This document shows, one piece after another, positions 52,399 through 62,767 of a stretch of 64,000 nt of DNA. Source of the DNA: a virus. Numbering within the stretch: position 1 is the stretch's first letter; every line of letters begins with the position of its first letter. Made by a program: the position numbers and the translations under genes. The notes below the pieces were generated by a model that worked only from the letters and a program-made list of their open reading frames with translations, had not been told where the DNA came from and did not search any database. Where the stretch lies: the IMG/VR virus record IMGVR_UViG_3300045988_076196, positions 1 to 64,000 of that record, one strand, 5' to 3'.

Positions 52399-53976
52399 AT
52401 GCCAAAAAATAATGAAGATGTGAAGCTGTCTAAAAATGACCTTCAGGATATTATTGATTTTAGTGCAGGTCTGATGGCGGTTGATAATTTTTACTCACCA
52501 TTTCTGAGCAACCAGCTATTGACCAATCTAAACAATAATCCTCGTCTACCTAATGCAGAGGCGGTAAAAAAGGCGCTCAATGATTATAAGAATAGCGGCG
52601 CCGATTTACAGGGTTTTGTAGAATTTGCATCAGCGTTTGATATGATTTTCAAGCGCACTTTATATTCTTATGCAAATGCGCTATCTTTCGACCTTCAGAT
52701 AACGTGCAAAAATGCATATACAAAGGGCGACTATGAATCAGAGGAATATAAGAAAGACCGGCAGACAGTAGATAATTTCTTGACCAATTTTGATTACAAG
52801 AAAGAATTTTATAATGTTCTGCTAAATGTCTTAAAGCGCGACTCATATTTTACTTGGTTTAGAAAGACTAAGAGCGGTAATCGCGGCAAGATGAAGTATG
52901 CTCTACAAATTATGCCACAAGATTATTGTATGCTTACGGGGTACTTTGAAAAAGGGTTGCTGTGGTCTTTTAATGTACTGTATTTTATGCAACCGGGCGT
53001 AGATATTGAGGGATTTGACCCAAGTCTCAAAAAGACATATCTTGATGCGATTGAAAATGCTGAGTTAAATTACAAGCCGTCTGCGCCACTCGATAAACGT
53101 AATGGTAGTTATGCTCTATGGGCAGATGTATCACCACTTAATGGTGCTTATGCTTGGAAATTTTCTACAGATAACTTTGCTAACAATCCATTCTTATCGC
53201 CATATGTAGCAAATGTTTTACGTAGTGATGAGGTTGGAGAATTACAGTATAACAAAGATCTTATCTCTGCGGCTGGTATTCTAGCTGGTGAGATTAGATT
53301 ATTTGATTCAGCCAAGTCAGGCACGAAGGCGAATCAGTTCGCCATTGATCCGAAAACGCTTGGTGCATTTATGCAAAAGGCGGCTAATGGACTAAAGAAT
53401 GCTGCCAAACTAGCAGCTATACCACTTGAGAATATTAAATATTTCCAATTTGAGGATAAGAACCCAAATAGCTATACAAATGAGCTAACTACAACAGCTG
53501 GTATTGGTACTGGCATTAGCCGTGTTATCTATTCATCCGATAAGATGAGTAATGCTGAACTAGAGGCGGCGCTTAATGAGGTCTATCAGACCATGAAGCC
53601 AATGTATGCTCAGTTCAATAATTTCCTTGATTTCTATGTGAATCAAATGACAAGCAAATATAAGTTTAAGTTTGAGTTTGTTGGTTCTAACTATCAATTT
53701 GAGCGCGATGCTAGATTTGATAAGATGATGAAAATGGCTGATAAGGGGCTTGTACTCAATTCATCTGCATGGGCTAGTGCTGTTGGTATGAACCCTGTCA
53801 CATTTGATAGGATGCTTGCTGAGAGTAAATATACTGGATGGATTGATAAGTATTCGACCATGATGCTTAACGCTAATACATCGTCTTACAAAGATAATAA
53901 GGGCGGGCGTGAACGCAAGAACGCTAGAGATTTGACCGATTCAGGCGAAGCAAGCCGAGAAACATTAGAGGAATGA
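52399..53976 (+). CDS. portal protein (by position and size)
   Basis: 525 aa directly after terL; AAGGAAAGGAGG RBS 6 nt before ATG 52399. Confidence 0.6.
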   Translation: MPKNNEDVKLSKNDLQDIIDFSAGLMAVDNFYSPFLSNQLLTNLNNNPRLPNAEAVKKALNDYKNSGADLQGFVEFASAFDMIFKRTLYSYANALSFDLQITCKNAYTKGDYESEEYKKDRQTVDNFLTNFDYKKEFYNVLLNVLKRDSYFTWFRKTKSGNRGKMKYALQIMPQDYCMLTGYFEKGLLWSFNVLYFMQPGVDIEGFDPSLKKTYLDAIENAELNYKPSAPLDKRNGSYALWADVSPLNGAYAWKFSTDNFANNPFLSPYVANVLRSDEVGELQYNKDLISAAGILAGEIRLFDSAKSGTKANQFAIDPKTLGAFMQKAANGLKNAAKLAAIPLENIKYFQFEDKNPNSYTNELTTTAGIGTGISRVIYSSDKMSNAELEAALNEVYQTMKPMYAQFNNFLDFYVNQMTSKYKFKFEFVGSNYQFERDARFDKMMKMADKGLVLNSSAWASAVGMNPVTFDRMLAESKYTGWIDKYSTMMLNANTSSYKDNKGGRERKNARDLTDSGEASRETLEE

Positions 53977-53980
53977 TATT

Positions 53981-54493
53981 ATGATGTTATCAGAAAGAAC
54001 AAGTGAAGCCCTAGATATTCTAGTTGGGCAGTATTTCCAGTTGAATCGCACGTTTGATCGTTGCGTATCGTGGATGGAAGTAAAATTTGCTATGCCAAAT
54101 GCGGCAAATATTATCCATCACAAATTAGCGCATCTCTGGCCGCTTATGGCTGATACTGTAAGTGACTTTAAGCATCAGTGGAACATTACTACATACTATC
54201 CTGAGACGCGCGGCGATAAGCGTGAATATGACAATCTTGAGCAAATGATGGATACTATGCTTAGAGAAACGCTTGATCTATATCAAGTCATCAAGCAGAC
54301 GTATTATATTGCAAAAGAAGAAAAAGATTTTAACGCAAACGCTATGCTACAAGATTTGATGGAAGATATGAATAAAGTTGTAGCACAGATTATTCTATTG
54401 GATGATAAAGCCAAACAGATGCCAACAGCATATGATGAATATGATCGGCACATTAATAGTTGGGGCATTGTTGGCTTGGAGGATTATCAATGA
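53981..54493 (+). CDS. hypothetical protein (170 aa)
   Basis: late operon. Confidence 0.6.
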   Translation: MMLSERTSEALDILVGQYFQLNRTFDRCVSWMEVKFAMPNAANIIHHKLAHLWPLMADTVSDFKHQWNITTYYPETRGDKREYDNLEQMMDTMLRETLDLYQVIKQTYYIAKEEKDFNANAMLQDLMEDMNKVVAQIILLDDKAKQMPTAYDEYDRHINSWGIVGLEDYQ

Positions 54494-54666
54494 TTATCCT
54501 TGGAATCCCCAAGAATCCAGAAGATTATTTTATTGCTGATGATGCGCTTGCTTGGGAATTAGATAAGGCTGGCTTTTCAGCTAAATACCTAGACGAGGAT
54601 GCGCATTATTATAAGCGCAACGCAAAATTACTAAGATGGCTTGATAAGAATGGAATAGAAGGATAA
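54490..54666 (+). CDS. hypothetical protein (58 aa)
   Basis: GGAGGATTATCA-ATG at 54490. Confidence 0.5.
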   Translation: MIILGIPKNPEDYFIADDALAWELDKAGFSAKYLDEDAHYYKRNAKLLRWLDKNGIEG

Positions 54667-54691
54667 TACGCTAGAAAGGAGGAATCTATGA

Positions 54692-55111
54692 TTGGAAACA
54701 GTCAAGAATATTGCCGCAATTTTAGGAGCAATCCTTTCTTTGTCAGCGGTTATTACCTTATGTTGCAAACCTATTAAACTATATATTGCAAATGCTCTAA
54801 AAAAATATCAGAGCGAACAAGATGATAAAGTAAAACAAAATACCCTTAAAGCGACGCTCAAGCGAATTGAGAGTAAGCTAGATGCAACTATAGCATATAC
54901 AACTGAGGCGTGTCGTGGTGAAATCAAAAATATGTTCTATAAATATATAGATAATAAGACATTGCCATATTATGAAAAGATGCACATGATACAGATTGAG
55001 GATATTTATGTAAATAAGTTGCAAAAGAATCATTATACTAAGGGGCTTATTGAAGAAATGAAAACGTGGTCTGTTGACTATAGTGGTGTTGATTCACAAA
55101 ATGTCAATTAA
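54692..55111 (+). CDS. membrane-anchored protein (139 aa)
   Basis: TTG start after AAAGGAGG; TM IAAILGAILSLSAVITLCC. Confidence 0.5.
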   Translation: METVKNIAAILGAILSLSAVITLCCKPIKLYIANALKKYQSEQDDKVKQNTLKATLKRIESKLDATIAYTTEACRGEIKNMFYKYIDNKTLPYYEKMHMIQIEDIYVNKLQKNHYTKGLIEEMKTWSVDYSGVDSQNVN

Positions 55112-55202
55112 CCATAAATTGGCGGCTTGGGCATAGCGCTCTTTGGGTCACCGTAGACGGGATGAATATCTCGTTATATCCTTGCAGAAAGGAGGAAGAT
55201 AA

Positions 55203-56876
55203 TTGGAAAAAATTGTATCATTGGCTGTTGATGATGTCCAAAAAATTGACTTTGATAGCTATTCTGATGATGAATTTGCTATAGCCAAAATGGGCTTTCT
55301 ATCAACTAGACCGAACGCGCACAATTTAATCATTGATGAAGATGTCTTACGTGAATCTGCGTCATCTGCTTTGAATAAATGGGTCGTTGCAGATATGTTT
55401 ATGGGAGAACCCACCACTCATACAAAGAATGAGCATATAGTTGGTAGAATCCCAAGAAGCCAAAGCGTTGAATTTGTCTATGATGATGATGGATACCTTA
55501 GAGCATATGTAGATACTGTTATCTCTAAAATTTACGCCAAGGATTTTTGCAAGGCGTTTGAGCAAGACAAGAATCGCGCTGTTTCTGTAGAAATGAAAAT
55601 TTTTACAGATGGGGAAGATGATAATATTGTTCAACGTTTTAACATTATGGGCGTAACAGTTTTGGGTAAAAGCATAAAACCGAGTTGTCCCGAATCTGAT
55701 ATAGAATTTGTCAGATTTTCAGAGGAGGATGCAGATAAGTTCTTCGAGAAACAGTCTGACTCTTTATCACAACTCAAGAATTTTGTTGAGGAGCGTAAAC
55801 AATCAATGGCTGAAAAATATGTAAACCATCCTATCAATACATCTAAGGATGCTGTATATACAGGTGAATGGGATGGTGATGAAGCAAAGAAAAATTTAGT
55901 CAAAGAGAAAAACTATAAGACTCTAGCGCCCAAGGTATGCCTCAGACTTGAGGAAGGTTGGGAAGATAGAGAGGTAACCAAACTGGGCTACCCCGTCATG
56001 GGACTATATGACGGTGAATGGCGTTATTCAACTAAAGCTCTATCATCTGCACTAGCCTATGCAAAGCAGAATGATGAGACTGAGGTTGTAAATAAAATTG
56101 AGGCTATCTATAAAAAGTTAGACCTTGATGACGATTCTGAAAGAAAGGAGGACAAGAAAATGGCTGAAATTGAATTTAGCGCGGTTGATATTGGCGATAT
56201 GTGGGGTAGACTATATAGCGCCATGCGCGAAGCTCGTAATTGGGAATATGGTATTCAGGGTATTTATGAGGAGGACAATAAGAAGTTTGCAATCCTTATT
56301 GATGATGCTAAGAAGCTATATCGGCTCGATTTTAGTCTGACTGAGGACGGTCTTACTCTTGCAGATGAGGTTGTTGAGGTAAAGCAGGAATTTACTGAGA
56401 CAGACAACATGAAGAAATTTGCCGAACCAGAGAATGTTGCTGAATATCGTCTAGCTGAATGTGACCATGATGATGACGAAGAAGATCATGAGATGTCTGC
56501 TGACGAAATGAAAGCTAAGATGGCTGAACTCGAAAAGGATATTGAATCCCGTGATAATATCATCATGGAAAAAGATGCAGAACTAGAAGAACTGCGCAAA
56601 TTTAAGGCAGAAGTTGAGGAACAGCGCAAAGCTGCAACCGTTGAATCTATTATGGCTGAATGCAAGGAATATATGTCTGATGAGCAGTATAAGGAAATGC
56701 GTGAAGAAGGCATGGCTTGCAAGATGGCTGAGATTGATGGTTGGACAAATAAGGTCAAGGCTGTATCTTTCTCTGCTGTAAAGAAGAATGTAAAGAAAAA
56801 TAATGATGGGCTGTTCCGCTTTGCGGCTCCTATCGACAATAACAAGAAATCAAACTCTGTTTGGGATAGAATTTAA
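55203..56876 (+). CDS. putative prohead protease/scaffold fusion
   Basis: 557 aa between portal and capsid genes; acidic coiled-coil C-terminal half. Confidence 0.4.
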   Translation: MEKIVSLAVDDVQKIDFDSYSDDEFAIAKMGFLSTRPNAHNLIIDEDVLRESASSALNKWVVADMFMGEPTTHTKNEHIVGRIPRSQSVEFVYDDDGYLRAYVDTVISKIYAKDFCKAFEQDKNRAVSVEMKIFTDGEDDNIVQRFNIMGVTVLGKSIKPSCPESDIEFVRFSEEDADKFFEKQSDSLSQLKNFVEERKQSMAEKYVNHPINTSKDAVYTGEWDGDEAKKNLVKEKNYKTLAPKVCLRLEEGWEDREVTKLGYPVMGLYDGEWRYSTKALSSALAYAKQNDETEVVNKIEAIYKKLDLDDDSERKEDKKMAEIEFSAVDIGDMWGRLYSAMREARNWEYGIQGIYEEDNKKFAILIDDAKKLYRLDFSLTEDGLTLADEVVEVKQEFTETDNMKKFAEPENVAEYRLAECDHDDDEEDHEMSADEMKAKMAELEKDIESRDNIIMEKDAELEELRKFKAEVEEQRKAATVESIMAECKEYMSDEQYKEMREEGMACKMAEIDGWTNKVKAVSFSAVKKNVKKNNDGLFRFAAPIDNNKKSNSVWDRI

Positions 56877-56883
56877 CTAAATT

Positions 56884-56916
56884 TATAATTAAAGGAGACT
56901 ATTTAATTATGGCAAA
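56884..56916 (+). repeat. 33-nt translation-initiation cassette, copy 1
   Basis: TATAATTAAAGGAGACTATTTAATTATGGCAAA, identical to 57423..57455. Confidence 0.9.
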
Positions 56917-57394
56917 GAATCATGCTATTTTCAATGGCACACACTGCGCTTTCTGGGATGTGGATGCTTACAATCTAGTTGGTATCGCTGCTACTGATAT
57001 CGACAACGCTACTTTCCTAACCCTAGGCGATATTAAGCTCAAGACAGATGGCGGCTATGAGTTTGCTGTTACTGCTGATGCTACTGATGGCGAGTACATT
57101 GCTGGCACTCCTACAGTTGGTTATGGTGTCGAGGCTCAAATTTTTGAAGACCCTCGCTATTTTACTAATGAAGCTGGTAAACCTATCTCTGTAAAGCATC
57201 TAGTTAAGGGCGATTGCATTGAGGTTGATATTAAGGCGTTTAGTGCAGACCCCACCACTTCTACTTATGCCAAGGTTGCCGCTGGCAAGCTGACTGGCTC
57301 TACTACTGCTTCTGACCCATTCAAGATTCTTGGCACTCACACTATTGATATTGGTGGCGAACTCGTTAAGACTTGGATTCTCATGAAGCAGTAA
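56909..57394 (+). CDS. putative head decoration/auxiliary capsid protein
   Basis: 161 aa immediately upstream of the capsid gene; same initiation cassette. Confidence 0.4.
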   Translation: MAKNHAIFNGTHCAFWDVDAYNLVGIAATDIDNATFLTLGDIKLKTDGGYEFAVTADATDGEYIAGTPTVGYGVEAQIFEDPRYFTNEAGKPISVKHLVKGDCIEVDIKAFSADPTTSTYAKVAAGKLTGSTTASDPFKILGTHTIDIGGELVKTWILMKQ

Positions 57395-57422
57395 TATCCA
57401 AACAATTACTATATAAATAAAA

Positions 57423-57455
57423 TATAATTAAAGGAGACTATTTAATTATGGCAAA
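57423..57455 (+). repeat. 33-nt translation-initiation cassette, copy 2
   Basis: identical to 56884..56916. Confidence 0.9.
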
Positions 57456-58548
57456 TATTATCACCCCAGAACTAGTTCAGTTTGCCAAGGGCAATGCTGA
57501 TTTTTATACCGCTTTCGCTGATTATCACAACCATAAGGCCGCTACTGAGTGGGGCAAGTCTATGGGAGCATATGACCAGTCTGTTTCTCTAACTGAGAAG
57601 GCTGAAAAGGTTCGCAATGCCTACTTTGCAGAGATCGAAAAGGTTTCCAACTGTCCTCTAACTGCTGAGAATCGTGATGCTTGGATGGCTAATCCTGTTG
57701 TCCAGTGGGCTAATTTTGCTGTCATCAACGCGACTGTTAATGTCGTTCTACCCGGTTATGTTACTTCCACCTTTGCGCCTTTCGTTGATTTCCGCACTGT
57801 CGGCTATGCTGATATCGTTAATCTGGCTATTCCTCCCAAGACTCTATATACCGTGTCTAAGGGCGCTAAGGGTGAGCGTACCAGCTTCCGTCAGAAGAAG
57901 TATAGGGGCAATGTCATTCTAACCCCAATCGAGCACATCATCACCACCTACGTTGATATGGCTCGCGTATTTGCTGGTAAGGACGATCTAGCTGAGGCTG
58001 TTCGTGCTATCGTTGTTTCTATTGAGCTCGATATGAACAAGGAAATTGTCTCTGCTCTATCCACTGGTCTTGGCGATGTCAATTATCCCTCTCAGTTTGT
58101 TGAGAATGGTGCATTTGATGCCAAGAAGCTCGTTCAGCTTGCACAGCGCGTTCAGGCTTATAACCAGATGGCTAAGCCCATCATCCTTGGAACTGCAGCT
58201 GCTCTAATGAATGTTCTACCTGATAGCGCCCTTGGCTATCGTATGAACATTGATGGCAAGGAAGGTGTTGTCTCTTATGTCAAGAACTTCTACGGTTTTG
58301 ATCTGTATGAACTACCTCAAGCTCCTACTGGCGGCGCTGACTTTGGTATGGCTCTAAATGATAATGTTCTATATGTTATCAGCCCAGCAGTCAACAAGGC
58401 TATTGCTGGTGTTATGAGCACTTCTATGACCAACTCCAACCAGTTCTATGAGAATGCAGATATTAGCCAGAACTTCACGATGCGGAAAGCATACGACTTC
58501 CAGTTCATCACGGCAGCATACGCCGGTATGTACACCATCACTGACTAA
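57448..58548 (+). CDS. major capsid protein (by position)
   Basis: 366 aa; strong initiation region; triple stop TAA TAG TAA and a strong terminator downstream. Confidence 0.6.
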   Translation: MANIITPELVQFAKGNADFYTAFADYHNHKAATEWGKSMGAYDQSVSLTEKAEKVRNAYFAEIEKVSNCPLTAENRDAWMANPVVQWANFAVINATVNVVLPGYVTSTFAPFVDFRTVGYADIVNLAIPPKTLYTVSKGAKGERTSFRQKKYRGNVILTPIEHIITTYVDMARVFAGKDDLAEAVRAIVVSIELDMNKEIVSALSTGLGDVNYPSQFVENGAFDAKKLVQLAQRVQAYNQMAKPIILGTAAALMNVLPDSALGYRMNIDGKEGVVSYVKNFYGFDLYELPQAPTGGADFGMALNDNVLYVISPAVNKAIAGVMSTSMTNSNQFYENADISQNFTMRKAYDFQFITAAYAGMYTITD

Positions 58549-58562
58549 TAGTAAATATCTAT

Positions 58563-58596
58563 GAGAGGGGTTAGAAATAACCCCTCTCTATTTATA
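58563..58596 (+). terminator. rho-independent terminator after the capsid gene
   Basis: GAGAGGGGTT-agaaat-AACCCCTCTC followed by TATTTAT. Confidence 0.8.
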
Positions 58597-58624
58597 ACGG
58601 AAACAAGAAAGGAAAATAAAAGGA

Positions 58625-59278
58625 ATGGCAAACACTACTAATAAATCTACTATGACTACATCCAAGACAACTACTAAGAAAGAAGCTGCGCCAACTACAC
58701 CAGTTGTAGATACAGAGAAGGAACAGCTAAAAGCACAACTTGCGGAACAGCAGAAGCGTATGGAAGAAATGATGGCGCAGATGCAAGTTCTTATGCAAGC
58801 ACAGAGCAATTCTACAACGTCAATCAAATCTGTTAATTCTAACAAACAGATTGTATTTATCAATATGACTTCTGGTGGCTTGAATCTCAAGGGGACTCGT
58901 ATGTATCACATTGACAATCAGTTTGGTACTAAGAGCGTACAGGAATCTGAGGCTCGTGTCATTGTGGCGAATATGCCCAACACTATTGCTGATGGATATG
59001 TATATATTCCAGATAATGAGTTCCTAGAATCTTGTAACATGGGCGGCGTATACGACGGTATGCTCAATGACGAGCAGATGAAAACGCTACTTAATCAGGA
59101 CGCGAATTATGTCTGTGATGTATTTGAAAATGCAACAGATTCTCAAAAGCGCATCATTATTGATATGGTGTCTGATAGACAACTTAATGGTAAGCCTGTT
59201 GATGCCAATATTCTAGTTCGTCTTGGCAAGCTGACAGGAGTAGATTTCTTAAATATTGAACCCCTCGAAGAGGAGTGA
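58625..59278 (+). CDS. hypothetical structural-module protein (217 aa)
   Basis: T/K-rich N-terminus and coiled coil. Confidence 0.6.
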   Translation: MANTTNKSTMTTSKTTTKKEAAPTTPVVDTEKEQLKAQLAEQQKRMEEMMAQMQVLMQAQSNSTTSIKSVNSNKQIVFINMTSGGLNLKGTRMYHIDNQFGTKSVQESEARVIVANMPNTIADGYVYIPDNEFLESCNMGGVYDGMLNDEQMKTLLNQDANYVCDVFENATDSQKRIIIDMVSDRQLNGKPVDANILVRLGKLTGVDFLNIEPLEEE

Positions 59279-59284
59279 TAAATT

Positions 59285-59725
59285 ATGGCAACATCATTTG
59301 ATGTTATTGGACAAAGAGCATTAAACGTAATTGATGACTATAAACTGCGCAAACTATATGACGCAAACATTGAGCTGTTTCACGACAAGATTGATGGGTG
59401 GATTATTAGTTCAGCCGCAAAGTTTATAGAATGTGAACAACCTCTAACATATGATTCAGAGCTTAGACAATTTGACGCAGATTTAACAGATTTAGAGATT
59501 CAGATTCTTGCCGAATATTGGGTTATATACTGGTGGCGCGGCGAGACGGACGTAGCAACACAGATTGCACAAAAACTTAAAGTTCCATCCTCTTTTCAGA
59601 TGGATGGCGTATCCTCACAGAATTTCAAGGAAAAGCAGAACGTCATTGATAAGCTAGAAGAAGATGTAGATAGGCTCATCCACGACAAATACCAGCTCTT
59701 ATATCTATCCTCCTATAATTATTAA
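59285..59725 (+). CDS. putative head-tail connector protein
   Basis: position only. Confidence 0.4.
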   Translation: MATSFDVIGQRALNVIDDYKLRKLYDANIELFHDKIDGWIISSAAKFIECEQPLTYDSELRQFDADLTDLEIQILAEYWVIYWWRGETDVATQIAQKLKVPSSFQMDGVSSQNFKEKQNVIDKLEEDVDRLIHDKYQLLYLSSYNY

Positions 59726-59739
59726 AGAGGGGTGGATAT

Positions 59740-60006
59740 ATGAGTAGAACAGATAAGCAAGATAAAATTCATGCTTTATATAAAGTCCTATTGCTGTTTG
59801 AAGATTTGACCAGTCTTGAGCCGACCATCGAAGAAGCCGACTATACAGCATATTGTGAGCGGCTATCTGTGCGATTTAGGGCGGTTGATGGTGAAATCGC
59901 TGATACATTGGCAGGATTAAGCAAAATGGGGCTTGAGCTTACTCATCCTATTATTCGTTCATGTGTATTGCGCATGACGAACAGAATTGAAAGGATGGGT
60001 GATTGA
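59740..60006 (+). CDS. hypothetical protein (88 aa)
   Basis: GAGGGGTGG RBS. Confidence 0.55.
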   Translation: MSRTDKQDKIHALYKVLLLFEDLTSLEPTIEEADYTAYCERLSVRFRAVDGEIADTLAGLSKMGLELTHPIIRSCVLRMTNRIERMGD

Positions 60007-60007
60007 T

Positions 60008-60760
60008 ATGGCGTATGAAATGTTCCAATATCAACCAAGTCCCAATGATTATTACCGCGATTTGACGCAGGAATATATTTGTGCGCAATGGGATAACACG
60101 TCTGCTAAAACGCCGGAGAATGGCGGCGAATTGCTAGAACAAAATGGAATAGGGTCTAATGAATATAGTTGTGTTCAAGCGTGGGTTGCGCCTACTGTTG
60201 CAACCACATCGACTGGACAAAAGGATACTATAGATTTTCTACAGCTAATATTCAAGAATATTGACCATTTTGTTGTGCGCGGACTGTATTATAAATTTGA
60301 TAGCAATGTGTGGATTGTTCACGATTCGGGTAAATTTGATGGCTTGCCCCGTGCTGTTGGGGTGCGTCGTTGTAACAATGTTATGCGGATTAAAGATGAG
60401 ATCAATGACACAATCTTTAGCGCACCATGCGTTGTCGACTATGATATGCAATCACCATCAGCACAAGTCAGTACGCCTATTATTACGCCAAACAACCATG
60501 CTGTTGTTATGGTTCAGGGCAATGAGGACGTATATAGGCTATTCAAATATAACACACGTTATATGTTAGGCGGCAGACCATTTAAGCTGTTATCTTATCA
60601 GAATGCTATTAATGCTTATGGCATGAGTAAGCCAACATTGTTCACGCTTGAACTATATCTTGATGAGGCTCACGCTGGCGATGATATTGAGAATCAACTT
60701 GCGGATAATAGCTCCGTTGATTATCCAATGGACGAAAATGCGCCATTTCCAATGGGCTAA
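60008..60760 (+). CDS. hypothetical structural protein (250 aa)
   Basis: ATG 60008 after AAAGGATGGGTG. Confidence 0.55.
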   Translation: MAYEMFQYQPSPNDYYRDLTQEYICAQWDNTSAKTPENGGELLEQNGIGSNEYSCVQAWVAPTVATTSTGQKDTIDFLQLIFKNIDHFVVRGLYYKFDSNVWIVHDSGKFDGLPRAVGVRRCNNVMRIKDEINDTIFSAPCVVDYDMQSPSAQVSTPIITPNNHAVVMVQGNEDVYRLFKYNTRYMLGGRPFKLLSYQNAINAYGMSKPTLFTLELYLDEAHAGDDIENQLADNSSVDYPMDENAPFPMG

Positions 60761-60777
60761 AGGAGGGCGGTTAGATT

Positions 60778-61356
60778 ATGTATAATTCTTTAAGTCGCTT
60801 GCCGACAATACCATACAATATTATGGTATATCTAGCAAAATCGACCGACCCTATTGCCGATGTCTTTTGGAAAATGTTGGCATATAAAGACTACAAGGCG
60901 TTGAGCCATGAACCACTTACATTTCAACAGAAAATGAAATTAGTGTGGTCATATGGCAAGCAGGATACATATAATGTATTTTTAACTAATCTGATTGAAG
61001 ATGTCATGGCTGAATCAAAGCAGATTATTAAGATATATCAATACTATATTCATGCTTCTGAGCTATATACTAGTACAGTAGTATATGCGTTTGATTGTCT
61101 ATATGGCGGTCAGATGAGCCTAGTTGAATATAACGGCATTCCTGTTAATCGCGGTGATTTATTCATTCATTGTATATTATATTTACTTAATGGTGCAGAA
61201 GTAGGCGGTGTTGGTAAACTCATGTTCTTAGATGATATGAGCCGATACAGCGCGGCACGTTCGACCATTGGCAATAATAAGACATTCACAGGTGTTCAGC
61301 TATATATGGCGGTCAACGTTGGAGATTCTGGCAAGGTGATTGATTGTGGCGATTGA
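60778..61356 (+). CDS. hypothetical structural protein (192 aa)
   Basis: AAGGAGGG RBS. Confidence 0.6.
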   Translation: MYNSLSRLPTIPYNIMVYLAKSTDPIADVFWKMLAYKDYKALSHEPLTFQQKMKLVWSYGKQDTYNVFLTNLIEDVMAESKQIIKIYQYYIHASELYTSTVVYAFDCLYGGQMSLVEYNGIPVNRGDLFIHCILYLLNGAEVGGVGKLMFLDDMSRYSAARSTIGNNKTFTGVQLYMAVNVGDSGKVIDCGD

Positions 61357-62170
61357 TATTGAGGTCCTAGAAAAAGGATATTTTTATTTCGATAAGCCAG
61401 TTCCTTACAAATTGTCGGACACGACCCATGTTGATATAACGCCTATATCAGTATATGACAGTGAGGTCTTTTTGTCAAGTTGTGATATTCTCCAAATAGA
61501 TAAAAACGCGCTTAATTCTGTTGAGATAATTCAGATGAGTTATCTTGATTTTTTGCTGAAAGTCATGTTGCCTACAGATAAATCTGGTCTATTGCTAGAT
61601 AAACTGAGCAATATTTTTAGATTGTGTCTGGGTATGAAGACTTGGAAATTAAAAGTAAAAGAGAAACAGAAATTAAGTATAGTTGCCCCAGATGATTCTT
61701 TTGAAATCACAGGTAAGCAATTTGATGATATTAAGCGCATTATATTGTATCAGAATGTGCCGCATTACGATGATACATATATCGACCCAGATTTGAAAAA
61801 GATGATGGGCGAAGTGGATAGGCTTAAAAGTCAAGGTATTAGTACACCTAACCTAGAGCGACGCATGGCCATCATTACGGCTCATTGTGGCATTAATAAA
61901 CAAACATTGATGCAGTATACAATGCGGTCATTACAGTTGCTATTTGAAGAATGCGCAGGTGAGGTTGAGTTTACAACTTTGCGTCCTATTATGTTATATG
62001 CTGGAAAAGCTAAAGAGCTTGAGCATTGGATATACAAGAAAAAGAAAGATAGGCTTGATGGGTATGTTACATCTGTTGAGTCGTACAATAAATCTATGGG
62101 TGGAGATGGCGTAGTTAAACAAGCCAACTCCGATATGATAAAACAAATAAATAATATTGTAAATCAATAA
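61340..62170 (+). CDS. hypothetical structural protein (276 aa)
   Basis: late operon. Confidence 0.6.
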   Translation: MIVAIDIEVLEKGYFYFDKPVPYKLSDTTHVDITPISVYDSEVFLSSCDILQIDKNALNSVEIIQMSYLDFLLKVMLPTDKSGLLLDKLSNIFRLCLGMKTWKLKVKEKQKLSIVAPDDSFEITGKQFDDIKRIILYQNVPHYDDTYIDPDLKKMMGEVDRLKSQGISTPNLERRMAIITAHCGINKQTLMQYTMRSLQLLFEECAGEVEFTTLRPIMLYAGKAKELEHWIYKKKKDRLDGYVTSVESYNKSMGGDGVVKQANSDMIKQINNIVNQ

Positions 62171-62184
62171 GGAGGAAATCTTAT

Positions 62185-62319
62185 ATGAGAAAGTTCCTAG
62201 CTGGCGTTGGCGATGCTATTCTCCTTAAGGGTCAGACTATCATCGGCTTTGCCAAAACTCTAACAGAATCAACCTTTGGCTTTACTATTTCTAGTGAAGA
62301 AATCCGTGGCGGCAAGGGT
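62185..62319 (+). CDS. tail-module structural protein (tube/sheath candidate), exon 1
   Basis: AAGGAGGAAATCTTAT-ATG; MRKFLAGVGDAILLKGQ...EEIRGGKG, then the frame runs into TAA at 62338. Confidence 0.6.
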
Positions 62320-62526
62320 AAAAATTGCCCTCTGCGTTAAGTAATTAGCGTATGACTTCGGGTTAAATGCTTTGAATCCCTAAAGCCCACATACCTAAAC
62401 AGTAGTTGGAAACGACAAGCTGAATGGTTACGAAAGTAGAAAAAAGTTGTGGGATGGCTATACGGTTAAATCCTAAGTAGCTTATACCGATAAAATGGGT
62501 GTTTAGCAGAGAAGTCCCTAAATATA

Positions 62527-62555
62527 TTGACATATTTATAACAATGTGATATAAT
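62527..62555 (+). promoter_or_regulatory. sigma70-type promoter inside the intron
   Basis: TTGACA 62527..62532, 17 nt, TATAAT 62550..62555. Confidence 0.6.
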
Positions 62556-62767
62556 ATACATGGGAAACTTTCAACGAATATCTCCTTGTGGGAGAAGTAG
62601 AACCTCAAGCATATGGAGGAAGAAAAATCCGACCCCTATAAAATAGGGTGAACATATATTCTACTCTCATGTGAAAGCATGAGCAGACTGCTAGTAATAG
62701 TAAGTCGATATTGGCGTTGCGAACCAATATGAATACAAAATATTTTATACTAAAAGGAATGTTATGT

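Noticed and set aside
61450-61478. Antisense TTGACA-17-TATACT site inside late gene 61340..62170
   Set aside because: It is a single isolated match in AT-rich coding DNA with no downstream antisense ORF or structure, so it is probably chance.
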